DNA of 64,000 bases from the human T2T-CHM13v2.0 reference genome, Homo sapiens. The position numbers and the translations under genes were made by a program. Where the stretch lies: assembly GCF_009914755.1 (NCBI RefSeq), contig NC_060927.1; one strand, 5' to 3'. The notes under the pieces were generated by a model. It saw nothing but the letters and a program-made list of their open reading frames with translations, was not told the origin of the DNA and ran no database searches. This document shows positions 39,582 through 56,542 of the stretch, in pieces (position 1 is the first letter of the stretch; every line of letters starts with the position of its first letter).

Positions 39582-42034
39582 TGAGACCTTTTTTTCATAG
39601 GTGTCACTTGGAAAATGTCGCTGTTATGTGATACGGGCATTCATCTCATAAATGGCAACTGGATCTTAAATAAATAAATTAATCAGGTAGCTAATTTTGG
39701 TTAATGATTACTAATAATATGCTGAGTGGAAGAACAAAACACAGTTTCCAGAGAAGAAAAAAACTAATAATGATAATAACCCAAAAGAAAAAACAAAACA
39801 AAAAAACATAATCCCTTGGAGTACTAACTACTTGAATTAAAAACTATTAACAAAATAAAATAAAGCAACAAATGTAAAAAGTAGTAGTTGGTTCATTGCA
39901 GTTGACACACGAGCAACATTTTGGAATGAAATTTTCTGAATTCAGTTTCAACATATTTTTGTATAAAAGTAGTTCTTACTGTTGTTGATATTTTGAGTAT
40001 TAGAAAGTTCAGACAAAATTAACAATTAAAAAATAAGCGTCTGTATGCTGAATTAAAATATTACATTTGTTATTAGAAATATGTGTAATACATAATAGTA
40101 TGAAAAAGCAATTATATATTCTTACTATTCAGAGAGAAGCACAGTTGCCATTTTATTTCCTATTAGCCCTTTTTTTGTACATTATACATACAAAATGTTA
40201 GAAAAGCATATTCTATTTTGCATCTTACTTTTTTCATTTAGCATTATATCATGAACATTTTCTAAGGTATTAAAAATTGTTTGAAAACATAATTTTTAAA
40301 GAATAAATACATTTCATTATATGGATTTGCCATTATTTAAAATTCTTCTTTTAGTGGCAGGCATGTAGGCTGTTTATGTAATTTTATTCTTATAAATAAT
40401 GCTGTGATAAAAACTCTTGCTTGGGTAAAATTCTAATTATTTTCTTAGAATAGATTTCTAAAAATTGAATTGTTGCTTCAAAGAGAACAAACACTTTAAA
40501 GGACAAAGTAAAAAATAAGACATTTTAAAGATCATGTTCTTCGTTTGTATTTGCACTTCAAAAATACATCTTCAATTTTATTATTTAAAGTGAAAATATA
40601 ATTTGACCTATAAGCATTGCCTTTATGCTTACTGGAAGAGCACTTTTATAATGGAATTATTTTGTGTGTTACATTCATATTCTTTACTGTTCTTAGAGAA
40701 ACCTGACTATTCATTTCATAGCAGGAGTACCTGGACTTGGGGTTGACTTCATCATGTTAACCAGCTGATCAAATGACATTTTATAATTCACTTTCAGTTG
40801 ATAGATATATAATTATTCAAAAAGAAGGGGAAAAGAGTGGTTTAGAATCCATCAAAACCTATACCTCTTCAGTGAAATCTTCAAAAATTTCCCAGGAGTC
40901 TCTTAATTTCATATTACATCTCTGGATTATCTCTAGTGTAAATGATGTGAGTTTTCTTACCATTCTTCAGTCACACCATTTTTGTATAAAAAGAGATTTA
41001 GATGGGAGTCAGTTCCAAGATGGCCAGATAGGAACAGCTCCAGTCTGCAGTTCGCAGCATGATCAAAGCAAAAGACAGGTGATTTCTGCATTTCCAACTG
41101 AGGTACCTGGTTCATCTCACTGGGACTGGTTGGAAAGTGGGTGCAGCCCACAGAGGGTGTGCTGAAGCAGGGCGGGGCATTGCCTCACCCGGGAGGTGCA
41201 AGGGGTTGGGGGATTTCCCTTTCCTAGCCAAGGGAAGCAGTGACAGACTGTACTGGGAAAATCAGGACGCTGCCACGTAAACACTGCATTTTTCCAATGG
41301 TCTGAGCAAACCACACGCCAGGAGATTATATCCCACGCCTGGCTCAGTGGGTCCCACGCCCACGGAGCCTTGCTCACTGCTAGTCCGAGATCGAACAGCA
41401 AGGTGTCAAGCCTGGCTGCAGAAGGGGCGTCCACCATTGCGGAGGCTTGAGTAGGTAAACAAAGCAGCCAGGAAGCTCAAACTGGGTGGAGCACACTGCA
41501 GCTCAATGAGGCCCGCCTGCCTCTGTAGACTGCAACTCAAGGGGCAGGGCATAGCTGAACAAAGACAGCAGAAACTTCTGCAGACTTAAACGTCCCTGTC
41601 TGACAGCTCTGAAGGGAGCAGTGGTTCTCCAGCATGGTGTTTGAGCTCTGAGAATGGACAGACTGCCTCCTCAAGTGGGTCCCTGCCCCTATGTAGTCTA
41701 ACTTGGAGACATCTCTCAGTAGGGTACGCCTGACACCTCATACAGCTGGGTGCCCCTCTGAGACGAAGCTTCCAGAAGAAGGATCAGACAGCAATATTTG
41801 CTGTTCTGCAATATTTGCTGTTCTGCAGCCTCTGCTGGTGATACCCAGGCAAACAGGGTCTGGAGTGGACCTCCAGCAAACTCCAACAGACCTGCAGCTG
41901 AGGGACCTGACTGTTAGAAGGAAAACTAACAAACAGAAAGGAATAGCATCAACATCAGTAAAAAGGACATCCACACCAAAACCCCATCTGTAGGTCACCA
42001 TCATCAAAGACCAAAGGTAGATAAAACCACAAAG

Positions 42035-43060
42035 GTGGGGAGAAACCAGAGCAGAAAAGCTGAAAATTCTAATAACCAGAGCTCCCCTTCTCCTTCAAAG
42101 GATCACAGCTCCTTGCCAGAAACGGAGCAAAGCAGGACGGAGAATGACTTTGATGAGTTGACAGAAGTAGGCTTCAGAAAATCGGTAATAACAAATTTCT
42201 CCGAGCTAAAGGAGGATGTTCGAACCCATTGCAAGGAAACTAAAAACCTTGAAGAAAGATTAGATGAATGGCTAACTAGAATAAACAGTGTAGAGAAGAC
42301 CATAAATGACCTAACAGAGATGAAAACCATGGCACAAGAACTACGCGACACATGCACAAGCTTCAGTAGCCGATTTGATCAAGTGGAAGAAAGAGTATCA
42401 GTGATTGAAGATCAAATTAATGAAAAGAAGTGAGAAGAGAAGTTTGGAGAAAAAAGAGTAAAAAGAAATGAACAAAGCCTCCAAGAAATATGGGACTATG
42501 TGAAAAGACCAAATCTACATTTGACTGGTGTACCTGAAAGTGACAGGGAGAATGGAACCAAGCTGGAAAACACTCTTCAGGATATTATCCAGGAGAACTT
42601 CCCCAACCTAGCAAGGCAGGCCAACATTCAGATGCAGGAAATTCAGAGAACATGACAAAGATAATCTTTGAGAAGAGCAACTCCAAGACATATAATTGTC
42701 AGATTCACCAAGGTTGAAATGAAGGAAAAAATGCTAAAGGCAGCCAGAGAGAAAGGTCAGGTTACCCACAAAGGGAAGCCCATCAAACTAACAGTGGATC
42801 TCTTGGCAGAAACCCTACAAGCCAGAAGAGAGTGGGGGCCAATATTAAACATTCTTAAAGAAAAGTATTTTCAACCCAGAATTTCATATCCAGCCAAACT
42901 AAGCTTCATAAGTGAAGGAGAAATAAAATCCTCTACAGACAAGCAAATGCTGAGAGATTTTGTCACCACCAGGCCTGCCTTACAAGAGCTCCTGAAGGAA
43001 GCACTAAACATGGAAAGGAAAAACCGGTACCAGCCACTGCAAAAACATGCCAAATTGTAA
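42035..43060 (+). pseudogene. L1 ORF1p remnant (start mutated to GTG, internal stops)
   Basis: ORFs 42035-42433 and 42668-43060 match ORF1p. Confidence 0.9.
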
Positions 43061-43123
43061 AGACCATTGATGCTAGGAAGGAACTGCATCAACTAATGGA
43101 CAAAATAACCAGCTAACATCATA

Positions 43124-46997
<3,874 letters not shown>

Positions 46998-48377
46998 ACA
47001 ATGAGAACACTTGGACACAGGGCCGGGGACCTCACACACCAGGGTCTGTCGTGGGGTGAGGGGATGCGGGAGGGATAGCATTAGGAGAAATACCTAATGC
47101 AAATGAGAAGTTAATGTTTGCAGCAAACCAACACGGCACATGTACACATATGTAACAAACCTGCACATTGTGCACATGTAGCCTAGAACTTGAAGTATAA
47201 TAATAATAAAAGGGATTTAGATGGAGAACAATTCTATGATTTAATATTCTGAATGAATAAAGTTAAAGGTATGAGTCTACCTGTATACATGAGAATTGCT
47301 TATATACATTCATAAACAAAAATGCCAGATATAAATAGTGGATTCTGTCATAATCGTTTATATTTTTTTAACTTGATTATATAAATGTGTCTAAGAAAAT
47401 TACATATTTAGGTGTAGGGTTCTTGTCTGCACAGAAGAAATTTCATTTGCCCCTAACAGGCTATTTGCTTTCAGTTGCAAGGTATAAGAGTAGATGATTA
47501 GGATCATGATGTTTCAGGTTTACTCTCTCTTTTGGGGTATTATTTCTGATAGCTTAAGTTAGAACAGCAGGTGAAGAACAAATGTGTCAAAAATCATTTT
47601 TGGAAGCTGTTTTGTTATACATCTTTAAGAGGCAAAGAACCCATAGAACACCTTACAGAGAAGTTAGCATATAGTAGGTACTTAACATTTGATTTTGATT
47701 TTTCTTCCTATGGCTACGTACTGGATATAAAGACAGACATAGGCAGTTGATGGATTTCTTATGCATTGGATAATGTGCCAATGTTAATTTAAAAGGCTAG
47801 ATTGGTGTAAATCTGTAAAGTTCAGAAAGTATGAATTTGCGATTCTTGCCCTTGGCTTTGTTGCAGTTTAATTAAATTCCTAACCTACGTAGTGGGTTTC
47901 TGTAGCTACAGTTCTGTGTCGACTGTTTGTTAGAAATGGCTGTTTCAGAATATACTAACTTTTAATTCTAAGAAATCCCAGATGCATTGAAATTTAATTT
48001 GCCCTAACTAATAAAGAAAAACATCTAAGGCTATTATAAATTATCTACAGTTTAATTTTTAAAACTGATGTAATAATGTTAACAGAAAATTTATTCAAAT
48101 TTGTATCCACTCTCCTCGGTTCTATTGCCTTTGCACAAAATCTTGCCCTAGTAATTTCAGGTATCCTAGAAATAAAAGGGATGAATAACCTCAGCATCGT
48201 CATTCCCTTTATATCACAACTTTTTAACATATTCTGTTGTATTTTTGTACATGGATATGGCAAAGGTATATGTACCCGTTGATCAAGGAATCGATTATTT
48301 ATGACAATCTTCAAAAACCTTCAATTTTCTTGGAAGGTGATAGATTACTTGGCTAGCTCGAATGTAGAATAATTTCT

Positions 48378-48713
48378 TTTATTATTTCCTTTTTGAAACA
48401 GGATCTCACAGATTTTAGACATGGTCTCACTCTGGTGCCCAGGCTGGAGTGCAGTGGCACAATCCTGGCTCACTGCAGACTCCACCTCCTAGGCTCAAGC
48501 AATCCTCCCATCTCAGCCTCCTGAGTTGCTAGGACTACAGGTGTTCATCGCCATGCCCAGCTAACTTTTTTGATTTTATTATTATTTTTTTTGGAGAGAT
48601 GAGGTCTCACTATGTTGTTCAAGCTAGTCTCAAATTCCTGGCTTCAAGCTACCCCCTCCTGTCTAGGCCTACCAAAGCCCTGGGACTACAGACATGAGCT
48701 ACTGCATCTGGCC
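48378..48713 (-). mobile_element. AluJ
   Basis: Diverged dimer. TSD GTAGAATAATTTCT at 48364-48377 and 48718-48731. Confidence 0.85.
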
Positions 48714-49379
48714 AAAAGTAGAATAATTTCTAATAAAATTATCTAAAATACCTAAAGCTGGTATATTTCAACATAAAACTGTATGTTTTAGGTTGCTAAT
48801 AACAGAAATCTTGGGAATTTTTAAAAACATTTTTGTCTTAATAGTCCCATTAACTGACACCAGTCATTGACAATGAAGTTACCTGTATAAACATTTGGGT
48901 GTGATATTTAGGTAATGAAGCACTAGTGTTTACATGACACCATTTTAACTGACTTTGCTGCTGTTTATTTACTTCCTAGTGGAGGTGGTAGTGCCATTTT
49001 ATTCATCATATATTTTCTATAAGTGCATATGTTCTCCCCCCTCCTTTCCATGCCCCTCTACATTTCTCCTGCTGATGACATTCATATCTAGAACACTTCT
49101 GCCTACAATGGTCATGGCTTTCCTTTAGAAATGGCTCAGTTCTTCAGATTTTGATTTCTTATACAATATTCGTTCAACATGTTAACTTTATCAGAGACTT
49201 TCTGAGAAAATGTTTCCAACTATCCAGAGATGGCTGGGTGGGGGAAATTTGTATCTGTTTCTGTTGTAATCCTTGAAGAATATACACCTTGATGGCTAGG
49301 ACTTGCTTTCACTCGTGTGGATCTTTGATCCCTGGCACATAGAGCTCAGTATATAGTGTGCTCAATAAATTTGGCATTC

Positions 49380-49783
49380 CTGCTATTGCTTAAACATGCA
49401 AGCACATTTCCAGCTCAGGGCCTGTGCTCTTGAAATTCTCTCTTCTTAAAATGTTTTATTCTTAAGTATTCTCATGGCTCATATCCTCACTTTATTCAGG
49501 TTTCTGCTAAAATGTCGTCTCCCCAGAGGGGCCTGTTCTAAACGACTAAACCTTAAAATCGTCGATAGGATGCACTCACACATAACTCACACAATCTCCC
49601 TTGCTTCTTTTTTTTTTTTTCCTCGATAGGATTTACCATTATCTTAAAAATTTATTTGTTCACTTATAGTCTCCCTCATTAGAATGTAAGCCATCACAGG
49701 GACAGGAACTTTGTATATTGTCAATATGTAGAACAAACCTGGAATATTGTAGCCATTTGATAAATATTAGTTAAATGAATGAT
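49380..49783 (+). mobile_element. L2a 3' end
   Basis: CTCAGGGCCTGTGC...AGAATGTAAGC...ATAAATATTAGTTAAATGAATGA. Confidence 0.7.
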
Positions 49784-50702
49784 TAAATTATTTGATTAAT
49801 CTCTGCTCTCCTCCAAAACATACACACACACGCATAGATTCAACTATACATTTAATGAAAATTAAGGACGTCATCTTTCTTATTTATCATTGCATTCTAG
49901 CAGTCAGTGCTTAAAAATATTTGTTGAATGTCTAAATGAGGAAGTGTTATGTGTGTGACTATCAGTTGCTTTGCCGGCATGTTTTGTGCACTGTTTGTCA
50001 TTGACAGCCTGTCTGATAGTTTCTTTTAGTCTTTACTATGTTAAAAGAAAATAATTCCCTTACCTTGTATTTATTTTTGTGTTTATATTTGACATAAAAT
50101 TTTAGAGAGTAGGAACTTTGCAGGAGAGCCACACTTGATTCTCTGGGAGAATTTAATGAGTAATTTAGTTCACATTTTCTTCCTCTGCTTTATTAGACCT
50201 TGAAAATGATAATGAGATTTAACTTCGAATTACAGTTTATGTACAGCCCTCAAATCTCAGCCCCTAATCTCTCCACCCAGCCTTATCCCCTCTCCCAGTC
50301 TGGTGCAAATTTGGATTCTTACAAAACGTTATTTGCTAGAGGCAAGTAGCCCAGTTTTCCGCTCCTTGGACCCTTCTCCAATGCATCTATTTCCAGGGTC
50401 GGCTGCTGGAGGGTGAATAATTCTCTGTCATAATTCAAAGAACAGGAAGCCCTGAAGCAATCCAGGTGGCTAAAGAGGCACATGAAAAGAGACAATATAG
50501 TAGAATAAAGAAGAGGAAAGTCCATGAATTTTTTACTTACCGTGCTTTTTTCTTATTCCCAATTCTCTACTTAGCATCCTACGACTGCATTTTAAATAAT
50601 ATTGAGGTTTTGGGTGACTACAAACTAAAATTGTAAACTTTTCCAAACTGAGATTTTCTACTGTACTCTTGACTATTGTTATTCAAATTTAACAATTTTC
50701 AG

Positions 50703-50800
50703 GTAGATAGGTGCAGCGAACCACCATGGCACACATTTACCTATGTAACAAATCTGCACACATCCTGCACATGTACCCTAAAACTTAAAATAAAAATAAA
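50703..50800 (+). mobile_element. L1PA10-13-type extreme 3' fragment
   Basis: ATAGGTGCAGCGAACCACCATGGCACACATTTACCTATGTAACAAA...AACTTAAAATAAAAATAAA. Confidence 0.85.
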
Positions 50801-50828
50801 TAGGTCAGAAAAAAATAAAACACTGTTC

Positions 50829-51135
50829 TTTTTTTCCTTTCCTTTTTTTTTTTTTTGAGACGGAGTTTCGCTCTGTCGCTCAGGCTGGAGTGCAGTGGCG
50901 CGATCTCGGTTCTCTGCAAGCTCCATCTCCCGGGTTCACGCCATTCTCCAGTCTCAGCCTCCTGAGTAGCTGGGAATACAGGCGCCACTACCACGCCCGG
51001 CTAATTTTTTGTATTTTTAGTAGAGACGGGGTTTCACCGTGTTAGCCAGGATGGTCTTGATCTCCTGACCTCGTGATCTGCCCACCTCGACCTCCCAAAG
51101 TGCTGGGATTACAGGCGTGAGCCACCGCGCCTGGC
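50829..51135 (-). mobile_element. AluY
   Basis: CACCGTGTTAGCCAGGATGGTCT diagnostic, T-rich tail at left. Confidence 0.92.
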
Positions 51136-53351
51136 AACAATTTTCAATTGTGTATACTTGTACCCTTACGATCTTAGGTGTAAATATTTCCCTCAGCAAA
51201 CCTCTCCTAAATAAGGGTCTGTGGGGACAATATATTGGAGGGGAGGAAGAGAATAGTAAGTACATCTAATTGGTCTGAAATAGTAACTATCATTCTGAAA
51301 AAATGAACAATATATTCCTTTATTAGCCAAATTAGACATGTTCAGTTAGTGACCTATCATATTTGCCAATTTGAAGATGATGTTCTAATGTTCTATAAAA
51401 CTTTTTCAAAGTTAAGGACTAAATATTATAGACCTCATAAAAATAGCCATATTTAATCTCTAATATAGCTAATATATTTACAGTCAACCTAAAGGTTCTT
51501 ATTATGTTTATGTCAGATAATTTCAAAAACCTGACTAGTTTGTTAATGACAATTTTAAAGTTAGGTGTTTGTAATGAAGACACAGCTTTTATAATACAGG
51601 TCATAGATTAATACTTAAACACATCTATCCTACTTAATGTGTGAAATATAAATAATAGTAGAAAAAGACCCAGAATATGTTAATGTTAGTGTCTTTCTCC
51701 ATGACTAAAAACTTATCTGAGTTACTGAAAGTCATACAGAATTTTCTTGAGAATTTTGAGACTTTTCTCATTAGTACATTCTTTGATTTTTCTTAGAAAA
51801 AGCCATTTTTTGAATGCCTCCAACAGAATGGCTTGGGCTCTAATAACCAGGTGTATGAAATATGCTCTGCAAGATATGCATGTGTGTGTGTTTTTGTTGT
51901 ACACATACATATACATGTAATTCTTTGAAAATTATTCTTATTTAATTATTAATTCTATTTAAAATTTTTTATAATTCCGGTTACAGTTCTTTATTTTGTG
52001 CCTGGATTTGATGGCTATTTTTAGTTTTTCATCATTTAATCCTGTTCAGTTGAAGAATCCTCTCTACTCCTTCTTAGCTGAGTGGACTCTACTTGCCATT
52101 TATCTTCACAAATATCTGCTTTGGCGTCCATCCTATCTAGTTCTCAGTTCACACATGTCACCCCTGACATCCCTCACTTCTGTTTGTGTGGCTTCATGAG
52201 TGGTCTGTGTGGTCATGGGATCCCATGCTGGGTGGAGGCACTGAAATCACCATGGTGCTGACACCCAACTGCCTAGATTCTCTATTCATGTTTTTTGTCT
52301 GCAATCTTGGTGACACTCCAGGGCTTTGCCTAGAAACAGGACACAGAGCCCATAAATGGGAGCCCCATGTCACCCTTCCACACCTGTTCAGCCCTCATCT
52401 CTGATACCTACGCCCTCACTATGTCTCCTCCATCTCTCTCTCCCTTCTTTAGTGGGGGAGTCTTTTCTGTCTAGGGACTCAAGGCACCACTCTCTTTTAT
52501 TATTTCTCTCATTTCTGAGGTTAGGAGTAGTCTCAGTTCACCAGGTCATCTTAGGACTTTAGGCTTTTGGAAAGCAAAGCTAGGAAGATACTTTATTTCC
52601 CCCCATTTGACTCTGCCATAGCCCTCACAAAATATAGCTATTCTCAGTCAGTATGGAAGAAGACAGGGCACCTGAGCTAGTGTGGCATGGGGAAGCAAAA
52701 TGGAAAAAATGCATGATAGTGTTTTACACATGACTTAATATTTCAAATACGTTACTCTACTCAAAGGTACTAATGATGTGAAGTTCCTGGATTTGACACT
52801 GACTTAACCCAGTAGGCATCCCACCATATAAAAAGTCTGGCAGTACAGGATTCAACAATATACTGCAAGCAATTATTTTACAGATGAAGATCAATAAAAT
52901 GAGCAGTACTCAGGGAAGAATTGGGGGATATTACAGCATAAATCAATAAAAATTTTAGATAACAGAGTAAATTTTCTGCTAAACTGTCCTACAAACTTTG
53001 GCCTTTATTTATTCTGGGCTTCTCATTTGGCCATACATTTTTATAAAAAATTATAAAAGTAAGTTTATTTTCTAAACAATAATCATGTATCATATTTCCC
53101 TTCTTTCCAGGTGGTATTGGAATAGCAGCAGGCATTGTTAAGGTCTAACCAAGGGGAAGTTGAGTTGGGGATACACTGGACATTTTGGATTATAGGGGCA
53201 GGGCCAGAAGTCTTAGGACAATTGGAGTGTGTTCACAGTGCCTGGTGTAGGAATTATGAGGGTAGTGGGGAAGAAACAAGGTTTGAAGCATAAAACGCCA
53301 GAAGTGAATCTATGGGAAACAATTTTTTTCCACCAGACATAAAAAATTACC

Positions 53352-53778
53352 GGGGAAGCTGGTGGTGTGATCCAATCTTAGTCTAAAGGCCTGAGAACTT
53401 GAGGAGCTGATGTTAGAATTATGAGTCCATTGTCAAAGGCCTGAGAACCGAAGGGGTCACTGATATTAGGTCCTGGAGTCCAAAGGCCTGAGAATCTAGA
53501 ATTCTCGTGTCCAAGGTCAGGAAAAGATGGATGCTCCAGCTCCAGAAGAGAGAAAGTAAATTTTTCCTTTTTTTGCCTTTGTCTTCTATCTGGGCCCTCA
53601 AGGGATTGAATGACATCTACTCACATTGATGAGGATAGATCTTTTTTGCTGAAGTTAGCTATTCAAATGCTAATCTTTTCCAAAAACACCTTCATAGATA
53701 TATCCAAAAAGAGTGTTTTACCAACTCTCAGGGCGTCCCTTAGCCCAGTCAAGTTGGCACCAATAATTAATCATCACA
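53352..53778 (-). mobile_element. MLT2B/C (ERVL) LTR, partial
   Basis: Repeated AAAGGCCTGAGAA units, end CCCAGTCAAGTTGGCAC...AATCATCACA. Confidence 0.75.
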
Positions 53779-53984
53779 TCAGGTTTGTAAAATTTATAAT
53801 TTATTTTCCCACTCTACGTAAGTATTAGTGCATATATCTAATTCAATCTAATTCATTTGTTAGTATTCATTGATTTTATGATTTATTTTTCTTTAACTCA
53901 AGACCATTAAAATTGTGTAAATTTCAGTCCCTAAGTTATTGAATCTGCTCTGATTAACTGACATTTTATATATTAAATTGTTCA

Positions 53985-54122
53985 TTTTTAAATTTTTTGT
54001 CACCTCCCACATAACAAGCTCTATGTGTGTAGAAACTGTTTTGTCCTCAACTGTATCACCAGCACATGGAACCATGACAGCACATAGAAGGCACTTGATT
54101 AATATTTATTAAATGAATGAGT
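53985..54122 (+). mobile_element. L2 3' end
   Basis: GCACATAGAAGGCACTT...ATATTTATTAAATGAATGA. Confidence 0.6.
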
Positions 54123-54592
54123 AAACAGTGCTACCTTGAGGATGGGTTATCAGTATTTCTTCAGTTATTTTGATAATTCTTATTGCTGGCTTGTGCTGTG
54201 AATTTGCAATGGTTTGCTGAATAAATGCTCTATCAAACATAATAAAGGCATTTTGTGCTATTTTCAAAAATTACCATTTAGCATGTGCTTCTTAACAGAA
54301 CTAAATGAGAGGAAACACAGTGCTGCCATTAACTCAACTATTTCTTCCCATTAATCATTTTATGCAGACAAAACAATGTACTCATCAACCTGTTTAGTAC
54401 TCAAATCAATCAAAATCAAATTGGGTAGAAATTAGCCAAGGCCACCTATTTCTTTAGGTATTTATTGTGTACCTGTTACATATCTAGCATAGAGCCAGGC
54501 ATTTGGGGAGATAGTCAATAACTATATAGGACTTTATTTCTTCTTTAAGGGCAGCAAAAACGTTCTCTATTTCCTATATACTAGATGCTTAG

Positions 54593-55144
54593 TGTGATAG
54601 ATTTTTGACTTGTTAGTTTGACTAGGCTGAACTATAGTCCCCAGGATTCCCTATATGTGTCTGGCTAGGGCAGGTTACAAAGGTTATTCTCTCATGAGAA
54701 AATAGAGAGGCAATGGTCATTTTGTAACGTACATATAACTTCTTCCAGTTATTAAAATATGAATCTAGACACTGCTGTGAAGATATTTTGCAGATGTGAT
54801 TAAAGTTTCTAATCAGACTTTAAGTTAATGAAGAAGAAGATTATTCAGGGTGAATCTGAATTATTTGGAAAGCTTTTAGAAGAGGACTTAGGCTTTTCCT
54901 AAGTCAAGGACTCCAGATAGCTGCTGGGTCTGTAGTTGTTCTCCCTTCTCTGTGGATCTTTCTTTCTGACCATTACCTGTGAACAGGAAGCTTCAGTTCA
55001 TGCCTTGTGTGGTTCCAGCCAGCTTGTCTTCTGCCTATGGACTTTGAACTTACTTGGCCAGTCCCTGCAATTGTACTAGCCAGTTCCTTGTAATAAATAT
55101 ATCTCCTTCTAGTTCTGTTTCTCTGGTTGGACCTGATTAATACA
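54593..55144 (+). mobile_element. Old ERVL LTR (MLT2F/LTR52-like)
   Basis: TGTGATAG...GCTGTGAAGATATTTTGCAGATGTGATTAAAG...TTCTGTTTCTCTGG...CTGATTAATACA. Confidence 0.6.
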
Positions 55145-56542
55145 CCAGTAAATATTTTTGACAAGACATATTCTCTCTCTCAAGGAGTTCACAATCTCAC
55201 AGGTGAACTGGTTCATCAGATGAAAAGCATAGATAATAGCTCAAGATCATCTTTGTTATAAGCCAAAATGTGTGACACAGAAAGTAAGCACTGTAGCATG
55301 GCAGAATAATGAAAGGTCAATATGGCTAAGAATTAGTGGAAAAGCTTTTACAAATAAAATAGAATTTAAATTTGTTCATGAAGGAAGAATAAAATTTAAA
55401 AAGTCAGAGAAAAGAGAGAAAACCATTGTCTTTTGTAAATAGAATTAGCATAGTTGTTGAGATAAAAATTAGTATCTTGAATACAGAGAATAGCAAAGTA
55501 ATTTAACTTTTGACTAACACCTCACTTAACCCTTCACCTTTGTTGTCCTTCAACAAGCAACTAGAGAATCTAATAATGTCTTTAATTTATTGTGAATCAG
55601 CACCAAGAAAATGCCAAGTATTCAATTCTAATGATCTTTAAAGATCATTAATAGCAATGTTACTTTTTGTCTTATGTGTTCAAACTAAAGTCAAGAATCC
55701 TGAGTAAAGTGGGGTCTTTTTTAAAAGAAAAAGAAATAAAGGATTAAGAGCATAGCAATGAAAATAGAGATCACATCCTCTGAGCCTAAAAAATAGTCTT
55801 TAGCTTCAAACTCAGCCTTCAACTCCCCACCATCGAACCACTGATGAGTGGGTTAATATTTGACCCATCAGTGAGCCTCCAAGGCTCAGCTTTAAACTCT
55901 TCTGATTTCTCTTCTGACTGGCTGGTGCCCAGGTCATCCTGGTTGTTAAATATTTTAAAGGGCATTTCCTCAGTTACTAATTTTACATCTATTATCTATC
56001 GTTCAGAACTGCTGAAGTCTGTCATCTCTGATGTTTTTTTCTGATTTCTTTTGTATTGGGGGTTTATGCCTTAGTGATCCTAATACTGTGATTTCAGTAG
56101 AGTGCCAGGAGGAAGAAGAGATAAATACATTTAGTCAGCATATTTCATTTAACTGTAGATTTGTTCAGTAACCTTGAAGCATGCCAAAAGCATCCTCTAG
56201 AATAGGGTTTATATAAAAGTGTACTGTGGAATGTTGTTAGCAAGCGCTGCAGAACATACATAAGCGTTCCTTCATCCAGAAAGTGTGGAAATGTTGGATT
56301 AAATAAATTCACGTTTTGTTTTGTTTTCTGCTAGCTCTTTACTGCCTTTTCTGTGCTATTGTTCATTATTAATTTCCAAGCCAGGGTTAAAATATCGCAC
56401 GTTTCTTTTTTCTTACAGAATTCTTCCAACTTTTAAATGGAACACAAGTGTCCTTTTAAGGTAATAACACCTTATTGTGAGCACTATTTTAGAAAGTGAT
56501 GCACAAATTGGGAGCTCATCCGCAGGATCACCTGAGGTCCAT

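Noticed and set aside
41791-41828. Tandem GCAATATTTGCTGTTCT repeat in the L1 #2 5'UTR
   Set aside because: As I recall, this is a consensus feature of L1PA5/6-type 5'UTRs rather than a local event.
47867-47911. Cluster of short palindromes (TTTAATTAAA, CTACGTAG, CTGTAGCTACAG)
   Set aside because: Palindromes of 8-12 bp are expected by chance in 64 kb, and they form no higher-order structure.
48172-48214. Possible pre-miRNA hairpin AAAGGGA...TCCCTTT
   Set aside because: Only a ~7-bp contiguous stem, which is too short.
53370-53495. Three spaced AAAGGCCTGAGAA repeats resembling a repeat-spacer array
   Set aside because: These are internal repeats of the MLT2B/C LTR, not a CRISPR-like system.
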